Shown one piece after another: positions 13,779 to 27,760 of a stretch of 64,000 bases of DNA. This stretch comes from Blasia pusilla (taxonomy: Eukaryota): contig CM114271.1 in the NCBI GenBank assembly GCA_050084515.1, forward strand, positions 12,834,001 through 12,898,000. The letters are read 5' to 3'. Numbering within the stretch: position 1 is the stretch's first letter; each line of letters begins with the position of its first letter. The position numbers and the translations under genes are program-made. The notes below the pieces were generated by a model. The model made no database searches, was not told where the DNA came from, and saw nothing but the letters and a program-made list of their open reading frames with translations.

Positions 13779-16700
13779 AACTCATTTTAGTGCTGACTGA
13801 AGTGAAGTGTACGAGTCAGATATTTGGAGTTCGTTCGGCCTCGACTGTCTGCTTGTCATGGTCGGTGTTTCACAGGAGTAGAACACCACATCGAATCGTC
13901 TACTTCAGTGGTTTTGAGGTTTGGCTAATGCCGCCCGTCTCAGTGAGGTTTGTAAGTCACATTTGTATTGCAGCTCTGGTGGCTCGCTGATACCGAGGCA
14001 CTGGCTTATGCCGCCCATTTTAGCCAGGCTGATTGTACGATTATATGAAGAAATTGTTAAGACGCGAGATTTCCGAGGTGTGCCAACCGTGTCACCCGCA
14101 TCTCCCGCCGAAGTTGAACGAGAATGTTGAGGTGTGCGGATTGTGCCACCCACTTCTCATACCTGGGGTAGGCCCCAAGAACGATTGTACTCTAATGATC
14201 ATGGACGAAATAAAAAAAGTTTATACCTCGCTTTTAGTGTTCAAATATTATCTTTTCTCGTTTTCGTCAACAATCTCATCGGCCATTTCGTTCCGTCCGC
14301 ATGAGCGAAGAGTAAGCAAAAAACTTCGGGGGACCGCACCAGTTTGCTCTTAGTAGCTACATGCCGAGATCGGCGGTGCCATAAGAGTTTCGTCTAATTT
14401 TCCCCAACCCACAATGGAAAGTTGGGTCTGCCCAATTTTCTATGCAGCGGAAGACCTCAAAATATCAAACTGTTAAACACTTGTTTGCAATCCTCCTCCC
14501 GCACTTTCTCACTCTTGTGCAGGAGCATGAGGACTTCGTAAGCTGTGGTTGATGGTAAAGATTATCTGAGAGGTCCCGCTTGTCTCGCTGGTGATAACTT
14601 TCTACAGCGAAACCTTTCTCCTTAGCATGTGCCTAGCTAGTCTGGGCAATGAGGAACGGCTCAGACAGATGAAGAATAGAATATTTACTGTTCTTGATTT
14701 TCTGTGTGCCCAATTCTTGTCCCCTCTTCGCAAATTGTCCAACTCAATTCCAGAAAAATGAGCCAAATATTTTCTAAATCACTCCTCATACCAGTCGTTA
14801 CCTTCAGAACCCCAGTGTCAAGACTTGAGTCCTGATGGGTTCTTTCTGAGAGGGCTTTGACCGTTTCCCTTTCTGCGTTTCAGTCCATCCATTGATTGGA
14901 GGAACGTCGACAGCCACTGAACACTGAGCGTCGGAATCATGCTTGCGGTGGAGGTTTTGAAGTCCTAATTTGTGGATCGTGATGAGCCAGTAGAGATTGC
15001 TCTGTGACCTTCCGTGTCGTCAATTTCTCTGGGCACCACAAACTTTATTTCTTCATGCTCATTGGTCCATTCTTCCTACACTTGTTTTATTGGCCTCCGG
15101 CTCTCATCGGTGGAGTGAAATCCAGATGCTCTGGTTCATCATGAGCTGAGGTAGGGGCGATTTGTGGGATTTTAAAAGAAGTCTGCGATGCATGTCGGGG
15201 TTGCCGAAATAGCACTCGAGGAAATGGCACGGGTTGATTTTGAGCACAGCGAAGTAGACGCGCGCGGCTACCTCCTAGTCTTTCTTTCGCTTCAAAGGAT
15301 AAATTCATCGCGGCTTGCGCGAGTAACTGTGGACCAGACAGCTTTGGCGAGATTGCAGAGCAGAAAAGCCTGCATGTCGTCTTTGAAGGACACTTCCGTA
15401 GCTGGACGCTGTCGTAATTCTATCCAGAGCTGCAATGCTTTGCAAAGGCTGCCGCCAGTTCTTTAGGTTTCGAATCCGTAATCGCCAATCGATGAGAAAC
15501 CTAACTCGGCCGACCACTGGCGCCTGTGCGATCAGAGGAGGTCAAGGAGTGATGAGGTGCATGAGAGGAGAGGCCGAGGCCGACGTTGCCGCCGACCGTC
15601 TGAGAGGGCCCAGATGACGGGTTGATCCTTGGCTTCTCTGCGTGGCAAGAGGCAGACAGGCAGGGCCCAGTCACAAGGGTTGCAGTCACAAAGTGTCCAG
15701 GCGTTTCTGTACGTCTCCCTCTCTTTTCATTCCATTCACTTCTTAAATGCCCCCCTCACCTTACCTTACTGTGTCACTAGAGTTACGGAGTACTACCGAC
15801 TCCGTCTCGCGTGTGAATATATTGCTGTGGCAGTGTGCCCCACGCGTGTGCCCCGAGCGAAGAAGCCTTGCGAGGACAGGAGAGGCAAAGCCGCAGGTTC
15901 GGGAAGAGCCGAAGACGGCAAGACGGAGTGAATCTGACCAGTGCTCGGCAAGGAATTTTGTGCATACCGGTAGCTTTCCGAGAGAACTCTCAAGGTAGCG
16001 GCAATTTCTCCATCCTAGCCGGTTTTTTTAAATTTAACAAATAAAACTCACTTTTCTCGTCGGGAAGTTTCCAAAACTTTCAGATTTGAACCGGAAATTG
16101 TACGTTCTCAACCGGCTGTTTTAACAACGAATGCCGGTTCTTGCCGAGCATTGAATCTGACTGACCCACTCCAGTGAATCTCGCACCGCGAGCGCAGGGC
16201 AAGGCGAGACCATCAACGATTTTGATTACCCTCTCACCGGGGGTGGTCAACGTGGGACAGAGTGGAATCAGTGGATTTCCTGAGCTCTCCGTTCCCATCC
16301 GTAAGTAAAGTCTCTGGAAAGACAGGGCTGACGAGAATCCACCAACTCTTACCGTTAGCAGGTGTGCATCGCCCCTGAGTTCTGCCCTGCCTACACTAGC
16401 AGACGTGCATTGGCCGTGCCCAGCTTTGGAATGTGAAGTCGGGGTCGTAATAACTCATGATCACGAGCAAAACTCCAGGTTCAGAACTTCGGGCAACAAA
16501 TTCCCAGCGTACCCCATCTGGGTTTTGTTGATGGATGCGTTCATTCGCACCCCTCTGACCGGCCAGACGCATTCCCTTATTCATCCGGTCGTACATTTGT
16601 AGCGTGACCCTGTCACCCTGCAGAGGAAAAAGGAATGAATGAAGGAGATAAGGCTGGCACGCCCCAACATGTTTCGAGCTATGCGTTTGTCCTTTCGTAG

Positions 16701-19700
16701 CAAAAAGCAGAAGGCAGACAAGCACAGGTTCAAAATTAATATTACTAGTGTGAGCATAGGTTTAAACTATCTCATGATTAATTTTCAGCGATCAAAGTTG
16801 GTTGAAAGTGCCAAATGTGTTTGCAGCATGAACGGACATTCTATAAAAATAAAAATTTTATTATCTTAAATTGATCGGGATGTTATAAGGGCTCTATAAA
16901 AACTCACGACTGGACAGCAAAATATAAGATTAGCGAGATGCCCATGCTAGTTAATTAATGTCGCCAAGTATGATAAACATTTCAAGAGGGGAGAAACCAA
17001 TGTTAAGCCCTTTGAGAGGAGGGGATGAAAAAATAATTATCAAACACAGGTGGATAGGTAAAATGAAGAGAAAAAAATGGACGAATGTTGAGAAGAAAAT
17101 CAAAATTTTTAAAGATATTTACTCATTCTTGCGTGTTGTGGGGGGGGAAGTCTCCTAACAAAGGCCTTGAAAATAGTGAAAAAAACCAGCTTCAATTTTA
17201 ATTATCGGGGATGTGGTGCCAACGAATAATGTATGTCGACTGAATAATATATTCGTGACGAAAAAAGAAGAGTACCATCTCGTTAAAGAGGCCAGTTTTT
17301 GTTGCTTGTAAATTCCCAATCCCCACCATGAGAAAAAGGAAAACATATTATGTTTATCATCAATTGTAAACACTAGTAAGAGGGTCCGTGCACTGCGCTA
17401 GCATCCATATTTTTCTACTTTACAACACCATTTAAGATTCTAAGTTCACACAACTATTCTTGCAGCATTCTGCCACATCTTCATGAGGCTCTCTTGTCTC
17501 CACATTTTGAGATGTTAGCCGATGTTGAAGGTCCAATGTGAATAGAAATTTGTTTGGAAGTTAGAGGAGGTCCAATCTTAATCTTGGAGAAACCATTCTA
17601 ATCTTAACAAGTGTCAAAACTGCGTTTTAAAAGATCTTAATTTATTTTGGAGCAGAAGTAAAAAAGTAAATTTATCCCCCCTCCTCTCATATGGCATATA
17701 TGTGATTTACAACCTGCAACTCTTTATTTGGAGTGGATCGTTTTGGACGACGCCACTAGAGTTAGGCGATTTTACCAGAACTAGCATACGGACATAGCTA
17801 TGCAGAAGACAGAAATCTCGACTGGGGCAGCGGATTTTTCTCCTCCTTCTCCGCTGTGCAGGTACGTCCATGACTCACCCACTGACTCCCAATCCATCCT
17901 GACTGACATGATGGATGATCCTGCTATGCTGAGCTGAAGTTGCTGAACATGTCACAGCACCAGCTAGTCAAGTCACGATCCTCATCTCTGACAGATCTCA
18001 ATCACCACCGTTTTCTCGTACTGTAGTCGGCTGTCAGCAGGCGAGATGAGGGATTGGCAGGCCCAGGAGAGATAGAATACTAGACTAGAAGATCGCTAAA
18101 TGTACATAGCTCCACTCGAGTGCTCTAACAACACAGCAGCGATCCTTTCGGAAGGGGGAGTCTGCACTAGGCTACGATGTAAGCGTCACATATTCTGTCG
18201 AGGGCTGTGCGCCACAATATCATGTATCGTTCTGCTCCGCTCATTGCGATACTATATCCTACTCGTGATTCCGAGTCTCGACTCAGCCACGGCGAATTCT
18301 CGATCTCTTGGTAGAATCTGCCGGGCCGGTCTCTCGGTCTTCTAGTTTCCAACTTTACGGTACTGTACGTATCTACCCTACCTTTGTCTCATGGGGGTGA
18401 TGAATAAATCCACTACTTCCCTTGGTTTTAAAAAAATTGATCCAAGCTGTCTCGCCAGACAGTTTTAGTTTCTGTGAACACTAACTGTCCAGCACATTTG
18501 CTCGAGAGAAATACTGTAAAAAGTGGCTGAACTTTCCCGTGTAATTTCAGTCAATTTTCTAATTCGTACATTTTATCTTTACTTTTTATTATCAAATCAA
18601 TTAATTATCCACCAATTTTACTCTTTTGCCAATATTTCTTCACTTTCTAAAATCTCCGTTTAGTTCCAAAATTATGGATAATGTAACTGGATCGGCTCAT
18701 TGATTTGATAGGAAATCCAATTCGAGAAAACCCATTTTTGAACCGTCGACTTTTATATTTGAGCTGATTTATTCTCGGTTTAGGAAAAGCCGAGGTCGAA
18801 TTACTCAAACCATGTGTTCGGACGGAAAATAAAAATAAAAATTTACTGTTTCCAAATATTTAATGGACAAGATGCCCCCTATCACACTTGGTAGATGGCA
18901 GAACCCAACCTATTCTGACCTCTCCCTCACACCAACCCGACGATGAGTAAGAGGGAACTTTTACAGCAACTTTACCAGGTCGGTTTTGTGTCCGAGCCTT
19001 GGCACGAGTTCCTTAGTCGGGGACCCGGGGTGGGATGCTGGTTTTTTGCAGCCTTTCTGATTACTTTTGGCTTTTCCCTTCTCGACCTTTGTGGCTCGTC
19101 ATTCGAATTTGGGAACGTTTGCTTCGCAGTTTCTCATTCATAATTGCTACTGTTAATTTAATTTATGCTGAAATCGAAACGATGAGGCTCTGCGTTTTCC
19201 CATCAGGAATTTACTGTGACAGTGGTGACATGGCGTATAGACGTACATTACGGGATTGAAGTTTTTGTCTCATTTGGTCATGATTGGATGACTCGACGTC
19301 GCGATTTATTGCGACTTACGGCGACGCGTGTGATATCGCGATTCGCGTTGTCCATGCCACTATCGCTTTCGGTTTCCTGTTTCGCGAACTCCCCTCCCTT
19401 TGGTACAGCTCTGGACAAGAATACTCTCAATTTCTATAGTATTTTATTCGGTGCCGTCGGTCACTCGTGGGTATGGGACGCGTGTGATACCAAGATTCGC
19501 CTTGTGCATGGTTTTCCTTTTCTCGAGTCCACTCCTGTTTTCCAAACTTCCTCCTTTAGTATTGTCTTAAGACAAGAAGATTCCCGATCTCAATCATTAT
19601 GGCTTATTTTATTCGTTTCGCTCGACCACTCGTGGGCAAGGCTCGGGGAAACGCTCGAGGTACTACTCCGTCGGATGACTCGGATCCTGGATGGGTCCAT

Positions 19701-21117
19701 GTCCACGTAGGTTTACCATAACCTTAATACTTAAGTTTCTTTACTCATACTCTTTCCTTCATATCGACGGTCGATAGCTAGTTCAGGCTTAGTAGATGAC
19801 ATGAGGTGATTCCGAGTTAACGCGGGGTTTAGGGTTTAGTATGTTCTTAAGCGTCTTCTCGCCAAAAAGCTTTGTTATGTTGTGAACTTATGCACCATGT
19901 GACACCTTTTAATACCAGTTATACTCAATCGTATTCGTTCCGAAAGGATATTAACATAATTCTTTTGAAAACAACCACTGAAGTTAACAAACATCGCAAT
20001 ACTCCTCAACAAGGATAATATTCCCTCAAACTCTAATGCTACACTTTTTTATGTGATAAAGATCAGCGTGAAGCTCTTCATAGATTCTACCTCTTGCCTA
20101 AACCCGTGTATATACCCTTGAAGCACAAGAGTATGGCCTGACCCGAAATCTTTATTAATCCATTACTATCTTGCTCAATTTTGTAATCAATCTTTGCCTA
20201 TGAAGAAGTACAAATGAGTTGGATTCCAATGTATTCACCACTCTTCCTCCAAATTTTCTCTTCACGAAGTCGAAAATGAAACTTGTCACAACAAAGATAT
20301 TCTTTCCAACAACTGGAACTTCTTAGCCCCACCAAAATAAAATATCTGAATCGATGCACATCCTTTTCTTAACCATAACACATTGTGCAGTCTCCTTGAT
20401 ATCACAGCGCAGGTCCTGTCACACAACAACGTCATTCATGCAACACATACACACATTGAAGAATGTATAGAATTTACTTAATTTAATACCCAAGGCACAC
20501 TCACACAAGGGATCCAAACTAAGTACTTGGATCCTTTCACAAGGAAAAGATCAATAATTGGTCTACTACCCTATCTTCACTACTCTTACTGCCATTGGTC
20601 CTAGTGTAATATCTCACTAATTTCCAAATTCACTATTTAAGTCATTTAATATTTATTTAGTTCCCCAAGAAGACGGAATTATCACTCAACTATTCAATTC
20701 AACCTACAACGAGAATTTTCTCGCTAGTTCTTCACATACAAAGATCTTCACTTATAACAAGTGTATTCTCACGTCAAGTCTTCCTAGTGGAGTTATTAAG
20801 TGGAGCTCAAAACCCTAGCTCAAAACACAATCTCCAATGAGGATGATATCTCTAACAAGCAAGAAAATCAAGTTCGTCAACAAGGAAAATGAGATCTATC
20901 CATAATTTTGTGACCTCTATGATGTCTTTCTACTATTGTAGCTATATATGTCTTCATAGGTTACTCTCAATCCAACAGATTTTAGTCACCAAATTCCTTT
21001 TGAAGAACACTCCTCTTGAGCCAACTACTCTCAAGTAGTCTACTCATGCATCTCCAATAAAATTAAGATCAATACCTCCAAATATATAGCAAAAAAATAT
21101 AGAAATTTTTTTGCCTC

Positions 21118-24100
21118 TGTCGTGCCCATACACATTGTTGCACAACATACATCGTTGTCACCGAACACACACACAAACACGCACGATTCCATGCTAACTC
21201 ATGGCATCCAAACAACGAGACAAGAAGTACCAAAATATCTCCAATTGCCCCCCAAGCTGGTGGTTAGGTCCCTCTAACTCCAAATAGCCATCTATCCCTA
21301 TCTACCATGATATACATCTCTCGGACGCTAAGAGCAAGAAGGCCGGGTGCTCATGTGGCCCATCGTTAGTCGCCTTCTTGTCATCTATGTCACAGACACA
21401 AGTCAGAATGTAGAACTACCTACTCTATGTACATCTAGGACACATCCATCGTCCCTGAGGAACCCTAGTGAGAGGTGGCGTTAAACATGCCATGTGCCAT
21501 CATCTCGAACATCCATCACAGAGTATCATAGTGGATGCACCATGGACAAAACCACACAACATACATCGCAATCATGCAGGAACTATAGCTAAGCTTGGAT
21601 CAATTATACCGTCAATGTTTGGAAGGTGACACGGCGCATAATTATGCACATGGTCCTTTCAAACCATACCATCGCGTCCCTCCAATAAGAGAACAGATGA
21701 TGGCAAAACCTCACGCACTCTTACGATGCTGCGCCCTTCAGTCGCATCCAACGTCGTGGATGCCATTTGCTGTAAGTAGACATAGTCTCTCTGATTCAAC
21801 CTCCAGATAGTAGGTCGATAACCACCTCCCGTATAGTTGCATACCTCAATGTATCGTGATGTTGCGCAATCGCCAAGTTCTCAAACGCCATGGGCATCAC
21901 TCTCTGAAACAATTCAGCCCTCTGAGAACATGCTGCATCCATACATCAGGATCATTACGATTCAACACCTCACGAACATCTCGACGAATGGCCGCATGAA
22001 TCTGGCTTTCGGCCATATAAAAGCAAGTACGGTGAGAAAGACGCTAAGGATGCTTGCATGTTGAATGTGTATCCCATCGCCAACCATGGCAACTGGAGGT
22101 CCCAATCTCCTAGGTGACCTCTCTGCAAGTCATATATGCGTAGTCCTCTCTTCACCGTCTGCACAACTCGCTCTGCTAGTCCATCCGCCTCGGGATGATC
22201 TCGCGAAGTAGTACGATGGTCAATCACTGCCTGATCACACAAGGCCTGAAACTCCCCGCAAAACTCTGTACCCTGTTCCTCACCTGGTGCGCCGTAATGA
22301 CTCGGCACTTGATTTAAGAAGATATACGCTACTCCCTCACTCGCTTTGTCAGGAAATGCAACCAACTCTATCCACTTCGAGAAGTACTCGACCATCACCA
22401 ACACATAACGACTATGGAGCTCCGTGAAAGGCAAAGGTCCTGCAAAATCCAAACTCCATCTATAACCTAAACCAATGATTAAAAGTGGATGCAACTGTGG
22501 AGTCAGAGCATTGAACGATGCTAGACTCGGTCACACACCACGCATCTGGCAACAAACTACTGAACGTCAGTCTGCATGCCTCGCCACCAATATTGAATCT
22601 GGAGCAAGCTGTATGTCAGCTTCACTCCAAAATGACCCAACTCCTCGTGGGCATGACGCACCAAATGCGCTCTCTGCAAAGGATGAGGCACTACACACAC
22701 TCTACCATCCTCCCACACTTGCAACACATGTGTTCCCTCCCATTGGAACCGTATGGCTCGCTCTAGGATCCGATCCTGCTCTTTAGCACATACTGTACTC
22801 GCAACGCTGCCAGTACGCAAGTACTCCAAGACCACTCCATCGTCGTGAATGTCTTGGCTACCTGTCGTCTCCTCACCGGCCTCTAGATCTAAGGAATCTC
22901 CATCAGACTTCACTATCAAAGTCTAAGCAATCTGGCTCCGCATAGCCAATAAGCCCAAATAGGCTGACCCATGCCATCTTGGCACCAACTCCTCATCACT
23001 CTCACCATGCCAACGAGCTCCAATCGCATCTCGCTTACTCGGGCATGGGTTACGGCTCAAACCATCTGCATCCTGGTTGAGCGTCCCAGGTCTATGTACC
23101 ACCTAGAAGTCATACTCGTGCAACAAAAGAGTTTACGTCCCAAGCTTCCTTGTAAGCTTGTCGAACTCCATCAACCACTTAAGTGGCTGATGATGAGTAA
23201 TGATGGTAAAGGGATTGCCTAATAGATAACATCTGAAATGTGCGAGAGCCCACACTGCACCCAAGCACTCATCCTCATACAAGCTATACTTTGCCACTGT
23301 AGCGTTGTTCGAGCGACTAGCATAAGCCACCATAAAATTTCTACCATCATCGTCATGTTGAGTGAGCACGGCTCCAAGCCCCAATATGCTCCAATCAGTA
23401 TGGAAATGGAAAGGACATCCCTTGATCGGTCCCCTCAGTATGGGCACGGACTTCAATCTATCCTTGAGCATTTGAAATGCTCGCTCCTGCTCATCCCTCC
23501 AGTGCCACTCCTGATCCACCTTGGTCAGCAAGGTCAGGGGCTTCGCAATCGACCTAAAACCCTTGACGTACTGTCGATAGAAGTTCGCCAATCCCATGAA
23601 TGCACAAACTTGATAAACATTTGTAGGGCGTGGAATGCGTGAAATAGCCTCTACTTTTGTCTGCTGTACATCAAGGCCTCTTGGGTTTATCGTATGACCC
23701 AAGTACTCAATTTGGTCATAGAAGAACTTGCACTTGCCTGGATGTAGCTTCAGCCCATATAACTGCAATCGTCAAAATACCTCCTCTAGATGTCGCTCAT
23801 GCTCCTCAATCATGGCACTAAGGACTACGATGTCATCAATATAACACCTAGCAAAATCCAGACCTGCCAAGATCCTATCCATGACCCTCTGAGATTAAGC
23901 CGGGGCGTTCTTTAACCCGAATGGTAAGAACCGCCACTAGTACAAAAATTCTTCTCGGGAGGATCGATGCCCCAAAATTCCGTCTTCTACTGTCCTCCAA
24001 TCTGATAGGCACTTGATGGTATCCGGCTTGCAAGTCCAATGAACTGAAGATCTTTGCATGCCCAATCGCATCAAAGATCTCCTCAGGGGTGGGCATGGCA

Positions 24101-27100
24101 TACCTATCGGACTTTGTCTATCGATTGATAGGTCGGTAATTTCCACACATCCGCCTATGCGTTGAGTTACCATGCACATCCTTCTTGGCGGGCATGAAAG
24201 TGGTATATGCATACTCTCCATGCGACATCTCCACTAGTCTTGCTCCAACCAAATCCTAGCTCCTGCTCTTAATCAAATCCCTCTCCATGTCACTATACCT
24301 ATAGGGTTGTTGGAAGATCAGCGTGTCATTCGACAACTCAATGCGGATCCTTGGACCCTTCAACGTACCCAAATCATGCATACTAAATGTGAAAAAACTG
24401 CTATAACTCCTAAGGAATTGGTGTATTCGGCGCCGATCTCCTCTTGTCAACTTAGGGCCTATATATGGCTCCCAAGTCTCCATCGTGACTACGGTAGGAC
24501 TCTACGGCACAGATGTCGGTGGTTGCTATGGTGCAACCCCATCTCGGACAAAAGAACTCTCATCGCCAGGTGTAGTACCCGGGACTAGGCTCAATGCTGT
24601 GGCTATCATCTCCTGGCGTGTCTCTCTCGATCACCCCTGGTGTGTCGATCTCCTGAGATCTTGCCCCAAGCCACTGCCTCAACCGCCTCGGTAGGCATAG
24701 GGCTCACCAATGCAACCTGGACTGAGAGTCAACTAATCTGCTATCTCGTCTAGCACTCAGCTGGCCTTGACATGGCCAACCAGCAATGACCAAGTCTATG
24801 GTCCCTACCCGCTCCAAGTCCTGCGCCCCCAGCAATGAAATACCCCGCGGTAGGGAACTCTAGTATCCTTGGACTGCGGACGCAGCCAACAAGTTGAGAA
24901 AATGGAGGCCTAATTGCGCCACATGGTGAAGTGAAGGGCGCCTTGCAACATCATCAATCTCCACATACAGATACTGTTGCACGCATACTCCTGCTTGCAA
25001 AACAGCAACTAACCTAGTGCTGATTCCTCCAAAGAGATCCAACACCCGAATACCCCCCTCAGGGATGCGCCACACAATGAGTGTGGTATCCAAGGGCGTC
25101 ATCATAGCACTCTCGGCTACCTCAGGTTCCTCTCACTTGCCACGCCCAGGTGCAAACGTCTCACTCCACACGATCTGCACATGCTCAGTGGCTAAGCGTC
25201 GAAGCTCCTCAGTCGAGCCCCAAAGCGGCACCTCTCCTCCACAAAATAATGCAGCTACCATGACACTCCTCTCCATAGACATGTCAAGAATGGGAATGTC
25301 CTATGCATGGACATGTCCCTCAATCAAATCACTAGGCCAAGTGATGGCCCTACAAAATGCTGCTAAGGTCTCCATCTCTCCTAGCCGTCGCTCGATCACT
25401 GCACCTGTGAATCGAATGTGTAATGAGCCAAGGCATCCATCACTAGAGTGCCATCTTGGTCTATAGGACGCTCACTCCTCCCAATAATCCATGGAAAACC
25501 CCATCGGGTACAACACTGCTCCCCTTACCAAGACGTGGTAAGATTGTGTATCAATCGGTATCGCCTTGGCTCGCACCACAGACTCATCTGTAGGATGTCC
25601 CCAGCGAATCCTCAACACGACCTCTTGTCGGGTGATATACTGGGTGTTACTTGCTCCACCCAAGGATGTCTATATCCGGAATGGACAACACTCCACATTG
25701 GCTCTCGTCAAGCCCTAATCCTCTAAATGACGCTTTCCCCAACATCAAGGGTTGCGCTCTTGAATCCAACAAGATGCGTTGCGGACTAAAAGCTCTACCT
25801 CCCAACTCACCAACTGGAAGACCTCTCGACTGGTTATCCAGCAATACAACACCAAGAGAAGCCATGGCACGCTCTATTGCGGGGCTAGCCGGCATCTCAG
25901 CCATCCTAGTAGTCGTAGCCTGCCATGAATCTGATGTGGACGACCTGAGCATCCGCTCCAAGGGCAAGTCCATCACCTCTGAATATAATGCAAGAAATCC
26001 AACTCCACGCTCACAAAGCGTAGCGGCCATCCAAAAAACTTTGGCGCGTGTACCTCCCAATGTCATAATATCGGAAGCAAAAAATAAAGGAGCACGGTAC
26101 ACAATAGTGGCCGCCCCCAACAACATGCTCGACACATGCTCCTCCTGAGCATGAGCAATAGGAGTCATCGCACTTGCTTCCCCCATTGCCCTTCATGCCT
26201 GCATACCAACAACATCACCCACTCTCTTGGAACTCCGATCACGACCCATTGATGGGGTCCTCATCGCCTCAGACAACGTGAAGGACTGAGGAAGCTTGGT
26301 CTGTTTCTTGGCTTCTCCTCGCTGTGGATCCAACTCTATGTCTAACAACTGCGACGGCCTCCATCTAGGCAAACCCGCACATCCAACTAGGATCCTCCAC
26401 ATCTCTGGCTGCTCCGTATGATGTTAATGTGATGGATCCGGCATGGGGTAACCTCAATGCCATAGCGGCAATCAGCTCATGTAGCTGCTGTATCAAATTC
26501 GCCATCCCAGCCTCACGCCCGACGTCTTCCTCGATGCGTCTAGGTGGTGGGCAACTCCAGCTCCTCGTCCCCCAACGCGACCACCTAGTGCACGACCTCT
26601 AGGCCCACCTGGACCGGCTTCTCGCTCTTGTGCCCTCTCTAACCCTCGCTCTTGACGTAACTCAGGGTGTAAATTGAAACACCTTGCGCGTGTGTGACGA
26701 TACATCTCACAATAGTCATATTGATAACCTCCTAATACAACACCATCTCCTTCTCCATGTTGAGGCATATGTCCATGATCCTCACGAGTGCAATCACGCT
26801 GATGATGGGCTCCACCACATGACCAACAACTAATTGTAGGCGGCTATTGCTGAGCCGCATATGAAGGCGCAGGTCTCTGTGGCATGGCCTCTTGATATCC
26901 TCTCTAAGCTCCTGGTGCCACAGTCAACCTATCGTGGAGTCCACGTTGCTGCATTGGTGGTGCAAAAAATCGTGATTGCTCTTGCCCAGAACCCATGATG
27001 GCTATGCTCTCCTCCGCCATGTTGCGCTCAATGTTCTCGGTGGTCCTAAAAAGATCTGTCAACGTAGGGGAGGTGTTCATAAGAAGCACCCCCTCCCGCA

Positions 27101-27325
27101 CCCATGTCCGTAGGGTCCGGTCTAGCATTGCGTACCATGATTGGATAGCTTGAGCCTCTGTCACCCTCTGAGTGACATTGATCAACCGGCGCAAGTGAGT
27201 GTAAGCCTCACGCAAACTCTCACCCGTGCGCCTCAAGAAGTCGTGGATGCTCCATAACTTCTCCGTCTGTACCCCTTGGTAGCTCTCCCTCTACTCAGCG
27301 AAGAACTCAACCATGGGGTTGAACC
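21118..27325 (-). mobile_element. 5'-truncated Gypsy copy of the DNMT/PHD family, ending in a single B repeat (21118-21245)
   Basis: gag knuckles, protease ILLDSRAQPLMLG, DNMT N-half, RT CYIDDI (~23830-23848), RH, IN WSLDFAG...DGLAERV, PHD ~21425-21570; collinear with 37864-44650. Confidence 0.93.
24715..25060 (-). pseudogene. C5 DNA methyltransferase N-half (motifs I-IV); C-half deleted
   Basis: IRVLDLFGGIS (motif I), YLYVEIDD (motif II), DLVIAGWPCQG (motif IV, ~24765-24795). Confidence 0.85.
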
Positions 27326-27583
27326 AGCTAGTCACATTCAAAATCTGGTTCTCACCTCTTTGGCAACCAACCTTCCTAGACTTGACTCATCTCAAGTCTT
27401 AGTTCGTATTTGGTACAGGATTTTTGCTTGCGACCATAAACGCAAGAAATACACAAACTCTATTCGCGCGTTTCGTGTGTTGGATTCTTCCAAGAGACCT
27501 CTCAAAAGCGCAACCATCCTAGTGTGAGCTCGCTAAAGTTCTACTGTTCCGCCTAGCGTTCATTTGGTTTTGAGGATCGCGAT

Positions 27584-27760
27584 ATAGGATATGCAATGAC
27601 AATCCATAAAAGCCAAGGATGTACAGTTAGTGATCCATGTCTGTTAGTTATTAAGTCGGTCTATGCCATTGGTTGAACATATGTTATGTTATCACGTATT
27701 CGAAGACGTGATCACCTAAGGATACTTGGTGCACTTGCTCCATCACATTTTACTATTTTT
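27584..27760 (+). pseudogene. Pif1/RecD-family SF1 helicase C-terminal fragment (probably a Helitron RepHel remnant)
   Basis: Manual translation IGYAMTIHKSQGCTV...VYAIG*TYVMLSRIRRRDHLRIL = helicase motifs V and VI; not in the ORF track. Confidence 0.75.

Noticed and set aside
13780-18400. Second host gene downstream of the expansin
   Set aside because: Only short overlapping ORFs with no recognisable protein features
22475-26148. Plus-strand ORFs over Gypsy pol (also 39282-43566)
   Set aside because: Antisense shadows of pol with no recognisable domains
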